A stretch of 57,339 nucleotides of DNA, filler included, from Basidiobolus ranarum (GCA_040143965.1; 2 parts of 2 records of this genome joined end to end with filler, not necessarily neighbours in it); one strand, 5' to 3'. Positions 27,790 to 40,031 are shown, counted from the first letter of the whole stretch. Notes: generated by a model not told the origin, from the letters alone. Translations and numbers: made by a program.

Positions 27790-28664
27790 TCTAGAGTGGT
27801 CTACGAAGCCTTTGTGGCGTACTTCACTTGCTCTATATTAGCCAGGTTAGCTTCAAGTTGTCGTGGGGGTACATCATTACACCAATGGTTATCCGGTGAC
27901 AATTCAATGATGAGTTGTATTGTATATCACTACTGTGTGGATCAAAGAAGTCGTGAGCCCACCATTGTCCGTGACGTTGAGCAGGCAACATAGACAATAG
28001 ATTCCTTGCTATAGTTGGAATAGCTTCAAGAATCAATTTTCTTCAGATTTCCATCGAGAATTGAGCGATAGCTATACAATGGTGAAGTTACAGGAATCCG
28101 ATATATGGCACCAGTTGAATTTGAGACCAGGTACCTCTAGATATTCTACCAAAGTGGAAAGATCATTTACCTATTGAAATTAGCACTTTAAAAGTTGTTA
28201 CTAGTATTTTGGTAAATAACTGGCAAGTAGATATCAAACCCCACCCATACTCACCTATGAGCCAACTTTATAAGCCTTCCTTAGTTGTTACTGATAGGGC
28301 AGACTCAAATCAAGGATATCTATTGGTGCTTTCTTGACTTGTTCTACTTTTAATAATTTAGGAAAAATCCCTCTACTGCAATCTTTGAACTGACAGTCTG
28401 ATTTGTTACAGTACTTACAGATCATGGATTTTCTATTTGTATAACTGATATTCAGGCTGAAAAGATATCTTACAGCTAAAGAAATCCTGATTTACAATAT
28501 CTTGCCAAGAATTAATTTTTTGTAAATTCCTTTTATCAGTTTTGCTTCAACATAATATTGGGAAAATATGGGCTGTTTGGAGGAACTTTTGAAAAGTGGA
28601 GTTGTGAATAGCTTTGTGAGATAATTATTTATTGACCAGAAATTAAGCATTTATACATTTTGGT
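27790..28664 (-). pseudogene. Degraded spliced gene or transposon remnant with nonsense mutations, at a contig end
   Basis: MICKYCNKSDCQFKDC...LPYQ*QLRKAYKVGS*|VNDLSTLVEYLEVPGLKFNW stays in frame across a phase-0 GT-AG intron at 28171-28254. Confidence 0.4.
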
Positions 28665-28764
28665 NNNNNNNNNNNNNNNNNNNNNNNNNNNNNNNNNNNN
28701 NNNNNNNNTTAATTAATTAANNNNNNNNNNNNNNNNNNNNNNNNNNNNNNNNNNNNNNNNNNNN
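28665..28764. other. Artificial contig-join linker
   Basis: 44 N + TTAATTAATTAA (stops in all six frames) + 44 N, exactly 100 nt. Confidence 0.97.
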
Positions 28765-29471
28765 CCCACAAAATCGAGTAAAGATTTCGTTCTAGAATAG
28801 GATTTCAAAGAAATCAGTTGGTCGTCATAACAATGTTGCGTAGTTATGATAAATGGGAATTTACCGATCGGCCCATTGAACCCAAACACTTGAAGAGTAT
28901 TGAGGGAAACGTCCATCTGGATGTAAATAATGTACCAACATTAAAGGGATCCCAAATCCATACTTGAACACATTAAGAGCGAGAAATGAACGCAAAGGTC
29001 TATCACAATCTTGGTTGCGAGTGACAATCAACACCACTATCATGGCCGTGACCTGAATAGATAGTTTAGAAGTTAAGTTAGTGCCTTCAACTCAATTCTT
29101 TAAACTACATTAACTATACTCACCATTGAGAACGAGAAAACAAAGTTAGTAATGAGTAAAATCCGATTTGTTCGTGAAATGGTCCGATAATTATCGCGTA
29201 TATGTGAAAGTAAATTCCTCCTGGCTAGTACAGCGTTATGTACTGAGGGGGAACGTGAAGAGTCATCGTTTGTTGGTGGCGTGAGTAAAAAAGGATGGGG
29301 TGCTTCCGTCGGAGGATTTGGAGTGACGTTACTTTCGGTAACTTCCAGTATTGCTGTAGATGGCTCAGTATCATAGGCGTTTGTGGCTATTTCGGAAGGT
29401 AAAGGCACTGATTCTTGATTAGTTTTTGAGATTGGAACAACAGCGAGAGTACTGAGTTTGTTTGAATCCAT
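28765..29471 (-). CDS. Multi-pass membrane protein, probably the N-terminal half of a transmembrane RING E3 ligase; truncated at the gap
   Basis: Disordered N-terminus, TM segments, CDRPLRSFL motif, then RTKSLLDFVG into Ns. The RING domain is not visible. Confidence 0.65.
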
Positions 29472-30124
29472 TTAGCAGATCCACAGTGTATATAGAAGAT
29501 ATATAAAGAGTAATTCTACAGTTGAAGGCACCTTGGGCCTATTTGTTAGAGGCGAAATAAATGAAATCAATGGAGAGCACGGTTGAAAAATGATTTTTAA
29601 TCTCAAGGAAACCGAATTCGAAAGCCGTCCCGTTACACGAAGTAATTAAAAAGGCTCGATGCATGGGATCTCCATCTGGGCCAATTAGAGAGAACTTTAT
29701 TTCCTATCTACACGTATACCAATACTCAGTCATTACTTACTAGATCTGATGAGTTGACATTGTTATAAATAAGTTGTGTAAGATTTAAACTAAATATTCA
29801 ATACAAATAACCCTAACCCACCATTCCTGATTGATCTTGCTTTTACTCGCTTGTAGTTTTCATACTGAATACTCTTTTTAATATTGACATTGTATTTGTG
29901 CTTTTTAGCATGCAGTCTTATCTGATAGTTTCTCTAGGTCTTATCCATCCCTTGTTGATTGTTCAATATATGCTTGTTGAAAGAGTAGACAAATAATTAT
30001 TTAATCTACTTCAATATTAGAAATCGAATAAAGCTAGTGGCGCAGTCACCTTATGTAATTCGATTAGTTCAGCTATATAAGAGTCATTTTATATTTATAG
30101 TCAACACTTGACGATATTACACTA

Positions 30125-32206
30125 ATGGATAGGAACAACGAAGATAACTTAAGTATCGATGAATCAGGAAAGACCTTCAACCCTGATCCTTTATTAAGCG
30201 AGTTAAAAGTGAATTTGGAGAACGATAATTACTCTAAAGCACTGGGAATATGCCAAAGACTAACTCGACAAGCACAACGCGAAGTTGCTCAAGCTGACCT
30301 GGTAAGAGAAGTTGTCAGAGAAGAATTGGTATGCATTGACGCTCACTTAGCCACTATTTATACAACCCAACCTCTTGAGGAGTCTTCTGTAATCGAAAGC
30401 CAAGTAGTAGATGCGGATTCCAAACCTAGTAGTTTAATCAAATTTTCTAAAAAACTTATAACTGAGTATAGCTTTGAGTTATCCTCTTTTCCCAACATCT
30501 ATTTAGCTCATTTACACAGTCGTTTTCGGTGGCTTTTATACTCTCGTATGACAGCCAAGACCAAGACTACGGAAAACTGGGACACTCTAATTGAGTACGC
30601 TTTAAAAGAACATCCCGAACTTGCTCGTACTGGTATTCAACAATTACTAAAGTATAAAGATCTAAAAGGAATCTATCAATTTTTTGGAAAGGAGATCGGG
30701 GACAAGTATCAGAATCAGATTGCTCTCGATGTTGAATCTAAAGAGGTAGAAAGTAACGAGGAAATCCCTTTAGTGACATATTATTGCAAACCTAAAGATG
30801 TTGAAATCACTTTTGTTGCTGACGAGAGGACACTTGGCGAATGTCAAACTAATGTTTTACATTCCTCCGTAACTCGAGTTGGATTAGACTGTGAATGGAG
30901 ACCTCTATCTTTCTCAGACACCACCAGATGTGCTCTTATACAAATTGGAACTGCAAATCACATATATTTATTAGATGGGATTAACCTTCCAAGAGATCTA
31001 GTAACTCAATTTCTCGTAGCATTGTTTGGTTCCAAGGAAATCATCAAGTATGGATATGATTTTAGCTCTGATATCTCGATCCTTTGTCAGACTTATCCTG
31101 AAATTGAAGGCAAAACTCTATCTCAATACGTTAACTTGGCACGACCTCAGCCGTTAATTGTAAAGCTGCTCACCTCCACTGGAACTGGAACTGGCCTAGC
31201 TGCTCTCGTCAAATCTGTGCTTAAATGTGATCTCGACAAGAAATTTCAAATTTCTGATTGGGAACGTAGACCCCTATTAGACGATCAAATGCTGTATGCA
31301 GGTAAAGAGATAGAACTGTATACTCTCATTTTCTCATACTAAATGGCAATTTGTACCTCAGCCAACGACGCATATTGCTTGTTGGATTTAGCCAACGGTT
31401 TGAATGGAATCATCGAGGATGTCACCACCGAAGTATCTGCACTGCTTAAAAAATCCATTGAGCCTACAACTATTACGCTAACCATGAAGAGAGAAAAACC
31501 CAAGAGATCATCAGCAAATAAGTTGATAGTACGACCACAACCAGCTTCTGACAATGGTTCGAAACAATCTGTATCCGAAGTTCATACATTGATTGATCCA
31601 AATCTACCAAAGCTTGCACGAAAACTTCGACTTTGTGGAATCGACGCATTGGTACCATTATCTTCCAACACACAGTCCATCTTAAACCTCATCACCTCCA
31701 AAGAATCCCCTCGAATTTTCTTCACAAAAACCAAGGCATTATTTAACGCTCTCTCCTCTCATTTGCAAAATGTTCAAACGAACCCCGAAACCGGGGAATC
31801 TACATTCGACACCGTTGGGCTACATCTATTGCAATCTAATACGACACTTGAGCAAGTGACTGAGATCGTAGAGAAGATGAGCATTCGAGTTACAGTAAAA
31901 GACCTATTAAGCAGATGTACCGTATGCAATTCAAACCGATGGATCGGAAGAACATCCAAGGAAATTCAAGAAAGACAAAACTTTGGTGGAGTCAGATATC
32001 ATGAATTCGTTCGCAATAGTTCGGCTGAGTTGGAATCAACCGAAAACTCCAGTCACATCAAAAGAAAAGATTGGATTCCAGAAACCATTTGTGAAACAGT
32101 GGAGAGGTTTATTGAATGCGAAGAATGTAACAAGATTTATTGGATTGGAGGGCATGCGAAGAGAGTTATAAAGGGTATGGAAGGGATACTTGATACCTCC
32201 ACCTGA
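30125..32206 (+). CDS. MUT-7/EXD3-like DEDDy 3'-5' exonuclease fused to Mut7-C (PIN-like + Zn ribbon), 2 exons
   Basis: VGLDCEWRP (ExoI), GYDFSSD (ExoII), QISDWERRPL..Q..YA|ANDAY (ExoIII, intron 31302-31361), DPNLPKLARKLRLCGID, SRCTVCN...CEECNKIYWIGGH. Confidence 0.9.
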
Positions 32207-33160
32207 ACTTTGCCTTTGTGTATATTCTTAACTCAGATGACGAGAATTATACCCTAACCCTAACTCTACAATGCCACAAATCATAATACGTATTTCACTG
32301 TAGGTTAGTATTCATCTCATGTATGTAACGAACTTTGATGTAATTAACGTCAAGATATAAGTAAATGATCAGGAGTGCCTAGGTCCTTTGGGGATTTCCA
32401 AGCATCCTTACAAATGTTCAGTTCATTGTGGCTTATAATACACATTAATTAGTCTATCTCTAGTTAACAAGCGGGTAAGTTTTTTTTCTCGATTCATCCA
32501 ACCCACTCAATCTTTCTAAAACAAGTTATAAAGTAAATCTGATTCATTGAGGAGTATTATGTTCAAATAAACTTCAGCCACAGATTGAATAAGGCAACAT
32601 TCATCCTGGCGAAGAGATCCAATACCTGAGGTTGTATCGTGGTAAAAGGTCCTTGGAAGGAGTCGGTATCACCACCATATTACGTAAAATGAATTAACAA
32701 TTGCGGTCTTAAAGAGCGTGCGAGACATTGACATTTAATGAGTTAAGGGTACGGTTAAGGATATGGTGTGTGGTACCAAGTGTTCGTAAATAGAAACTGG
32801 CTAGTGGAGAGATAATACCAAATGTAGCCTTACTTAACCCAGAGAATATTGTTCTCATTAATTAAGTCCAACCCTAACCCTTTTCCTAATTCTAAAGATT
32901 TCCGAGGAATTCGACTGAATGTTTCCTAATCAGTATCATTGGACCAATTCCTCAACCCGAGTAGTCGTGGCCAAATTTTGTGAGTTAGTATTTGTCCAAC
33001 CCCAATCAGACCTCCAAGCGTCATAGGCTGTGATCGAGACCAAATCAAAAGAAATTCCATTCATTGGTCAGATGGGTCTTTGGCAGAGAGTAAACAACAG
33101 TATTTAAATGATTCCTAGCTACCGAAACATCATCTACTCAACTCATCTTCAATTATCATT

Positions 33161-34951
33161 ATGACCACCCCTACTGTTCAGGAATTAGCTCAAGAATGGA
33201 TTCGTCTTGACCGTAATCCCAAGACTCGTGATGAAATTGAATCTCTTTTAAAGGAAAATAACTTGGTCGAGCTTGAGAAGCGTCTACGTAATAGAATCGC
33301 CTTTGGTACTGCTGGACTTCGCTCAAGTATGGAAGCTGGTTTCGCCCATATGAACGATTTGACCGTAATCCAAGCTACTCAAGGTCTCTGCCAATATGTC
33401 CTCGATACTGTCCCCAATGCTGCTGAACGCGGTGTGGTCATTGGCCATGATCATCGTTATAACTCTGAAATGTTCGCTAAACTTACTGCTGGCGTTTTCC
33501 TCTCCAAAGGTATGAAAGTTTACTTTTATCGCAAGTTGGTGCACACTCCTCTCGTACCTTTTGGAGTGAAAACCTTGAACGCTTCATGCGGTATCATGAT
33601 CACCGCCTCACATAACCCTAAGGAGGACAACGGATATAAGGTATACTGGGAAAATGCTTGCCAAATCATTCCTCCCCACGATAAAGGAATCGCCCAAAGT
33701 ATCGAGGAGAACCTTGAGCTCTGGACATGGGATAGCGAGTTGGTCAACAAAAGTGAACTCTGTATCGATCCAACTGAGGAGATGACTAACAAGTACTTGG
33801 ATGCGTTGGAAAAGCTTAGTCAGAATAAGAGTAAGAATGGCGAGTGTGATGTGAAATTCGTCTACAGTGCTATGCACGGTGTAGGTGGTGATATTTCTCG
33901 TAGAGCCTTCGAGAAGTTCGGTTTCAAACCATTCGAAGTAGTCAAAGAACAATTCGAACCTAATCCTGACTTCCCTACCGTTAAATTCCCTAACCCTGAG
34001 GAGTATGGTGCCTTAGACCTCGCTGTTAAGACTGCTAGTGAGTGTGGTGCCACTCTTGTGCTTGCTAATGATCCTGATGCTGATCGTTTGGCTTGCTCCC
34101 AACTCTTGGCTGATGGTTCATGGTATACATTTACCGGAAATGAGCTTGGTACTATCCTTGCCTCTAAAGTCTTTGCCGATAGAAAGGCTTCAGGCAAGTT
34201 CAACAACAAGTGTGCTATGTTAGCCAGTGCCGTATCATCTAAAATGTTGCAAGCCATGGGTGATGCTGAAGGGTTCTATTTCGAAGAAACTTTGACCGGA
34301 TTCAAGTGGCTTGGAAATAGAGCTATTTCTCTTGAACCAGAAGGTTATGACACCATGTTCGCTTTCGAGGAAGCCATCGGTTTCATGGTAGAGGATGTTG
34401 TACGCGACAAAGATGGTGTATCAGCACTTGTTGTCTTTGCTGAACTTGCTGCTCAGCTTGCCGAAAAGGGACAAACTGTATATGATCACTTACAAGGATT
34501 ATACAAGAAGTATGGCTACTTTGTATCAAACAACTCCTACTATATCTGCCGCTCCAAGCCTACCATTGACACCATTTTCAACAAGATCAGATTTGGTAGC
34601 AACCCAGTGGTAGCCAACAATGATTACGGTTATGAATTGGCTTATCCCACTCATTTCAATGGTGTCAAGGTTACCTACATCCGTGATTTGACCATTGGTT
34701 ATGATACCAGCCGTGATGACAAGAAGCCACTTCTCCCAGTGTCTGCATCCTCTCATATGATCACTTTCAAGTTAGAGAACTCCTTGGTAATTACACTCCG
34801 TACTTCTGGTACTGAACCCAAGATCAAGTGGTACTCCGAAATGACCGGCACCAATCCTGATGAAGTTCGTAAGGAGCTTGATGCATTGGTCAAGGTTATT
34901 ACTGACGATCTCTTGGAGCCCACAGTTCATAACCTTGAAGCACGTGCTTAA
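33161..34951 (+). CDS. PGM2: Phosphoglucomutase-2 / phosphopentomutase (PGM2/PRM15 type), intronless
   Basis: FGTAGLR, TASHNP phosphoserine loop, DPDADR metal loop, FEEAIG, RTSGTEPKIK. Confidence 0.95.
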   Translation: MTTPTVQELAQEWIRLDRNPKTRDEIESLLKENNLVELEKRLRNRIAFGTAGLRSSMEAGFAHMNDLTVIQATQGLCQYVLDTVPNAAERGVVIGHDHRYNSEMFAKLTAGVFLSKGMKVYFYRKLVHTPLVPFGVKTLNASCGIMITASHNPKEDNGYKVYWENACQIIPPHDKGIAQSIEENLELWTWDSELVNKSELCIDPTEEMTNKYLDALEKLSQNKSKNGECDVKFVYSAMHGVGGDISRRAFEKFGFKPFEVVKEQFEPNPDFPTVKFPNPEEYGALDLAVKTASECGATLVLANDPDADRLACSQLLADGSWYTFTGNELGTILASKVFADRKASGKFNNKCAMLASAVSSKMLQAMGDAEGFYFEETLTGFKWLGNRAISLEPEGYDTMFAFEEAIGFMVEDVVRDKDGVSALVVFAELAAQLAEKGQTVYDHLQGLYKKYGYFVSNNSYYICRSKPTIDTIFNKIRFGSNPVVANNDYGYELAYPTHFNGVKVTYIRDLTIGYDTSRDDKKPLLPVSASSHMITFKLENSLVITLRTSGTEPKIKWYSEMTGTNPDEVRKELDALVKVITDDLLEPTVHNLEARA

Positions 34952-35342
34952 ATCCGGTTGACTCCAAAGAACCCCTTTTATGTATATTTTCAAACGCCAA
35001 TTCCAACACCGACTCCCACGTACCTTCACTAAAATAGAATCAATTTGTCGCAGATGATTGTTTCATTTTCATAAGCTAATAAATACCCAGATGTAAACAT
35101 CAACGTGTATTATTTATGTTTGTGGCTGAAGAGTGAGTTTATCTAGTATATTTTGTTAATCTGATCTATATGAAAGTTGTATATGAAACGATCATTCCAA
35201 ACATCATGACAATGGGTACTGCGATGTGGAATGACAGAGTGACTGCACTTTCGGAGGGTTGATCACCTTGTCTAATGAGGAGTTAGGGTTAGGAGTAGAG
35301 TTAGAGCTAGACTTGAATAATACAGTCATTTCAAAGATAGAC

Positions 35343-36288
35343 TTACTTTGCTGGATATTGTATTGTAGTGGGACACTGAGAACTACCTCTGTATTTCTGA
35401 GCGGGGACATATTGATTTCTACCTTTGACATTGAGATAGATCCACACTTCTTCAAGGGTGCCATTTTTACAATGAAACCAAGGGTCGACATTAAGTGATT
35501 TCTTCACTGCGTTGATCATATCCTGTCTCTGGTAACTTTTTCCTGGTGTGATTCCAGCACTATTTAAAGCGGAGTAAATATTATATTGTTGACGTAATTG
35601 AATCACTGTCTCAAAATAGTCCATCATCTCTTGATATTTTCGATAAGTATTGCCATAACATTGAGGTGCTAGTGTGGTCACGCAAGTTCCATGTTTATCC
35701 CATTCATGAGTCCTATTCCCATGTACATTAACTTCATTAATCTATGTTAATTCTCAGAATTCCATTGAATTTTTTTTTCGTTTACCAGAAACCACTATTA
35801 TCTCCATTATAAGATACCCAATATGTATTCATCTCTTGATATAAAGTGGTGTTTTGTTGTTCTACAATTTTTCCCACGTTAGAATATTTTCGAGAAGGGT
35901 CACAACCCGTTGAAGGTGCGTAAGAGCCGTTACTGATAATAAGAATAAAGTGAGTATAAGAAGGGTCAGTTGAATAATTTCATAAAAAATCTTTTCTTAA
36001 TTACCAAGAATTAGGCCATAAACCATGAATGGTAAAAGATTTAGGAGGTCCTTGTTTTGTGAGCCACTTTTAACTGGTTTAGTTTTTTAATTAGTTAAAG
36101 TCAAAGTGAAATATTCTTTTTACCTGTTGAGCAAATACTATTAAACCATAAGAGGGGGCGCAACAGGTGTTTGAGGAGGGTGTGCTTGGTAAAGAACAGG
36201 ATATTCCGTCTAAAGGACAGCTCGGTGCTTGTGCTGATATTACAGCAATATAGCAACACAAAAAACTTAAGCCTAACTTGAATTGCAT
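35343..36288 (-). CDS. Secreted/vacuolar ribonuclease T2, 4 exons
   Basis: Signal peptide; CAS I FTIHGLWP; CAS II FWTHEWDKHGTC. Confidence 0.95.
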
Positions 36289-36835
36289 TATTAGAGGAAG
36301 GGCCAGTATTTACTCGTAAAATACTCTTCCAAGTGACTTGTTGGAAACTAAGTATTCAAACTCAAATCTCTTTCCAATCCAATGTCACGTGATAACATTA
36401 TTTGATTTTCGATGGGAGTTTAAGACGTTCCAATAATCGCAAGTCACTAATTCTAATACGTCGATCAGCTTTAACATGAGTGTACAATCAACTTTTGTGT
36501 ACCTTGGAAGATTCGAAACAACATAGCTTATTCCTACCAAGAGATGACTGGTGGAAGAGAGAAGTCCAATAGACTAAAGATTAATCGGAAATATAATCAA
36601 ATTGTGATCAAGAGCAGAGCACCTCATTGATTGTCGTTTCTTAAATCATATTTGTCCTACTTGTGGTGATTTTGTGTAAGTAGTGAACTTTAATCACGTA
36701 TTATCCCGTCAATTATCGTTAGAATGACGTGACCGTTCATTCACCACAGTCGATATGACTTAACTCGATGTGGATAAAAAGTACCTTGCATACCCTGCCT
36801 TTTCATTCATTTTTCTTAAGAGTTACAGTGAGGAA

Positions 36836-38182
36836 ATGACTAATAAACAAGTAGGAAAAGTACAGTTGGTTGAGGGTTGGAAGGATTTTTTGGCTGGAAG
36901 GTAAGTACTGGTGTCGTTCTATATACTTTTTTTTACTAACTTTATGACTTTCATATCTGCATAGTTTTGGTGGTATGGCGCAAGTTCTTATTGGTCACCC
37001 GTTAGATACCATTAAAGTAAGTTACTCCATTACCTGGGCGAGTCCTGGTGCTTCCATACACTAAAGTTCATACAATTCTCGAGTCAAGAGAGTGTTCTAA
37101 CTTATGAATATCTGTTCATAACAATAGACTCGACTTCAAATTGAGGGAGCTAGTAGCCGCTTCAAGGGCCCACTTGACTGTTTAGTTCAGACAGTTAGAC
37201 ATGAGGGTTTCTTAGGATTGTACAAAGGTGATTTATCACTAAATGAAACGTCCTTACGTCGACTCTTGGAGGTTTTCATATTGACCGTCCAATGATTTTT
37301 TTATAGGTATGGCCTCTCCTCTAGTTGGAATCTCTGCTGTAAATGCTCTACTCTTCGCGGCCTATTCTCGATTAAAGACGGTTCAACTAACCAACCCTGA
37401 AGACACGCTAACAATTGGCCAGATCGCAATAGCTGGGGCTGGAGCAGGTGACAAGTAATTTAATAATTTCATAGAAATAAGGAGACTAAACAAATTCATT
37501 GAGTAGGAGCTATCAACAGTATTCTAGCGTCACCAGTAGAGCTTTTAAAAATTCGACTCCAGGGACAATATCATGGTAAAGGGGACTCAAAGAGATTATA
37601 TTCGGGGCCAATTGATTGTGCACAGAAGTTGATCAAAGAAGGTGGATTGAGAAATGGACTATTCCGTGGGTTTTGGATCACAGTATTAAGAGAAATACCT
37701 GCATACGCAGGATTCTATGCAGGCTTCGAAACGGCCAAACGTGCATTAACACCAGCTTCTGGAAATGTAAACGAGCTTCCTGTGTGGAAATTGATGATTG
37801 CTGGTTCGTGTGGTGGTGTATCTTACTGGTGTGTCAGTTACCCGTTAGATGTGATAAAATCCAAAGCTCAGAACTCCAACTCACTGCTAAGAAAAGATTA
37901 CGTGATTAGCATTGGTAAGGATATCTATCGTGAGGGTGGATTAGGAGCATTGTTCAGAGGATTTACTCCAACAGGTATGTTTAAGTTTGTCTGAAGATCT
38001 CATTATAATCTGATCTAACCACCTTGAATCCATCACTTGACGTATATTAGTTATCAGAAGGTAAGTTTTACTTTAGATCATTGCGACGATCACTTGGTTA
38101 ACTGGCATTTATTTTTAGTATACCTGCCGCCGCCGCTACCTTTACTACTTACGAGCTGGTGATGCGCATTTTAAACTTATAA
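36836..38182 (+). CDS. Mitochondrial carrier (carnitine/ornithine/YMC-like subgroup), 7 exons including a 10-nt microexon
   Basis: Three PxDxxK-type motifs: HPLDTIKTRLQ, SPVELLKIRLQ, YPLDVIKSKAQ; GLYKGMASPL; REIP. Confidence 0.92.
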
Positions 38183-38220
38183 ACAAATATAAAATAATAA
38201 TACATTGAGACTCCAATAAA

Positions 38221-39048
38221 TCACTGATCTTCACTAGTTTTCTTGAGTGATCTCGGTTTTCGCACTTTACTTGGGGTACTTTGTAATTCGGTATGAAGAT
38301 GGAATCTCTCTGGTGTATTAAGAGATGAAGCGTTCATTCCAGAAGTGAATTTTCTATAACAAAGGTCCTTCTAAGATATTCTTAAATAATTGTATCAATA
38401 ACATACAAAAAAGTATACCATCTGACATAAGATTGACAAAGTCAAGTTAACCATGTAAATGATGATTTTCCCCAGTTCCTTTGTGTAACGAATGAGATAC
38501 GTTGTATACTAATCAAATATTTAGTCAAGGTAAGATTGAAAGTGGTGAATATCTTCGTACATTATCTTTAAGGTTTTCAATGTCTTTCTTATGTCGTTTC
38601 ATAAAAGGTTGGAGGAATTGTTTGTATAAAGTTTCTGCTCCCTAATAATTTTTCGAAATTAGAAGTAGAACAAATGTTCGAGTCTAAATTTAACTTTTAC
38701 CCAAGGCTGAGTGATTAACAAAAATCCTACTAGCAGTAACTTGATGTATGTATATAAAGGCAACCTGTATTTAAAAAGAGTTTAGGTAAAATTTGGCTCA
38801 AAATGTGAACAATTGCTACACTTACCACCATTCTAAAAGTAAATCACAGACAGCCTCGACAAGACGATAAGTAACCATAACTATCCAAAAGGTGACCCAC
38901 TGGATAAGGGCAGTTCTTCTTCTCGACTTCACTGCCTTATAAGAGCGATAAAGACCTATCGATAAGCTAAAAGCAAAGTGAGAAAAGCTGACTTCGTAAC
39001 CATAAACCTCGAGGAGTGTTACCAGAGGAATTTTGCTAAGGTGTACAT
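38221..39048 (-). CDS. TB2/DP1/HVA22 (REEP/Yop1-like) protein, 6 short exons; absent from ORF track
   Basis: Spliced model MYTLAKFLCLSIGLYRSYKAVK...QWVTFWIVM...WWLPLYTYIKL...GAETLYKQFLQPFMKRHKKDIE, open to TGA at 38221. Confidence 0.85.
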
Positions 39049-39349
39049 GTCGTTAAGGTGTGGTGACTTGTTCGTGTGGTAATGATGTATTATATGTTAC
39101 TTTTGTAGAGGAGAGGAACCTAGTTAAAATCCGCACAACAAAACACCAATAGTGGATCTATCAAGTAACACATAGAGCGAATCTTAAACATTGTGACAGT
39201 GATTAGCCATCCATTGTTTTCATGAGCACCGAATAGTGAAAAAAACAAATATGTGAATCCGGAGTGACATTCTGAACCTTCAAAAAAAAATCATGTTTAT
39301 CTTATTAATTGATTTAAACTCATAAAATAGCTTCCAAGTTTATTCCGAA

Positions 39350-39886
39350 ATGACCATAGAGCAAAAGATCGAGTACACTGTTCTACCTTCAAAAAACTCC
39401 CCTTTGAGTAGACAAAAGTCGGAAGTGATTGAGAAGATCCAATTAATAGAAAAGCGAACTTTTCCAAAAAATGAATGTATGCCGATTGAACACGAAGCTA
39501 AGAAGCTTACCAATACTTTAATTATTGCCTATTATTTCAAGACCAGCACTACAAGTGATCAAAAACCAGTTAAACCGCAAAAAATTCTTTGTATCGTTGG
39601 CTACCTTATATATACCTTTTCAAAGGTAGATTCCATGGTGAAAATCATCAAAGTTGCAGTGGACAAGCCGTTCAGAGGTCACGGTATAGCTACCAATTTG
39701 ATGAACTCAGCATTGGAAAAGGTCAGAGAATCATGTACTCAGGAAATGAGATGTCAACTACACGTAGACCCGACTCGTACCGAAGCAGTTGGTCTATACT
39801 TGAAAATGGGTTTTGTGGTTGAAAAAAGAATGGAGAATTACTACGCCGAAAACAGACATGCCGATTTGATGTATTTGAAACTATGA
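39350..39886 (+). CDS. GNAT N-acetyltransferase (RimI-like), intronless
   Basis: VAVDKPFRGHGIA acetyl-CoA motif; LHV...AVGLYLKMGF...NYY. Confidence 0.9.
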   Translation: MTIEQKIEYTVLPSKNSPLSRQKSEVIEKIQLIEKRTFPKNECMPIEHEAKKLTNTLIIAYYFKTSTTSDQKPVKPQKILCIVGYLIYTFSKVDSMVKIIKVAVDKPFRGHGIATNLMNSALEKVRESCTQEMRCQLHVDPTRTEAVGLYLKMGFVVEKRMENYYAENRHADLMYLKL

Positions 39887-40031
39887 AAGACAACACCTGA
39901 ACTGAAAAATAATTGTGTATCTATAATAGAAGAGAGTATATATATTGCTTTTGTAATTAGTTCTTTTACTCAGAGAACACAGCTATATATATATATATCT
40001 AAAGGAATAAACCAAGGATAGCTCCCAGAAA

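Noticed and set aside
28709-28720. TTAATTAATTAA palindrome as a biological site (e.g. piggyBac TTAA target)
   Set aside because: Centred between symmetric N runs; a synthetic linker.
33323-34756. Several antisense ORFs over PGM2, and likewise over the permease and P450
   Set aside because: Shadow ORFs produced by codon bias; no recognisable motifs.
29810-35293. Scattered CCCTAACCC / TTAGGG motifs as telomeric repeats
   Set aside because: Only one to two units each and not arrayed; at most Tbf1-like sites.
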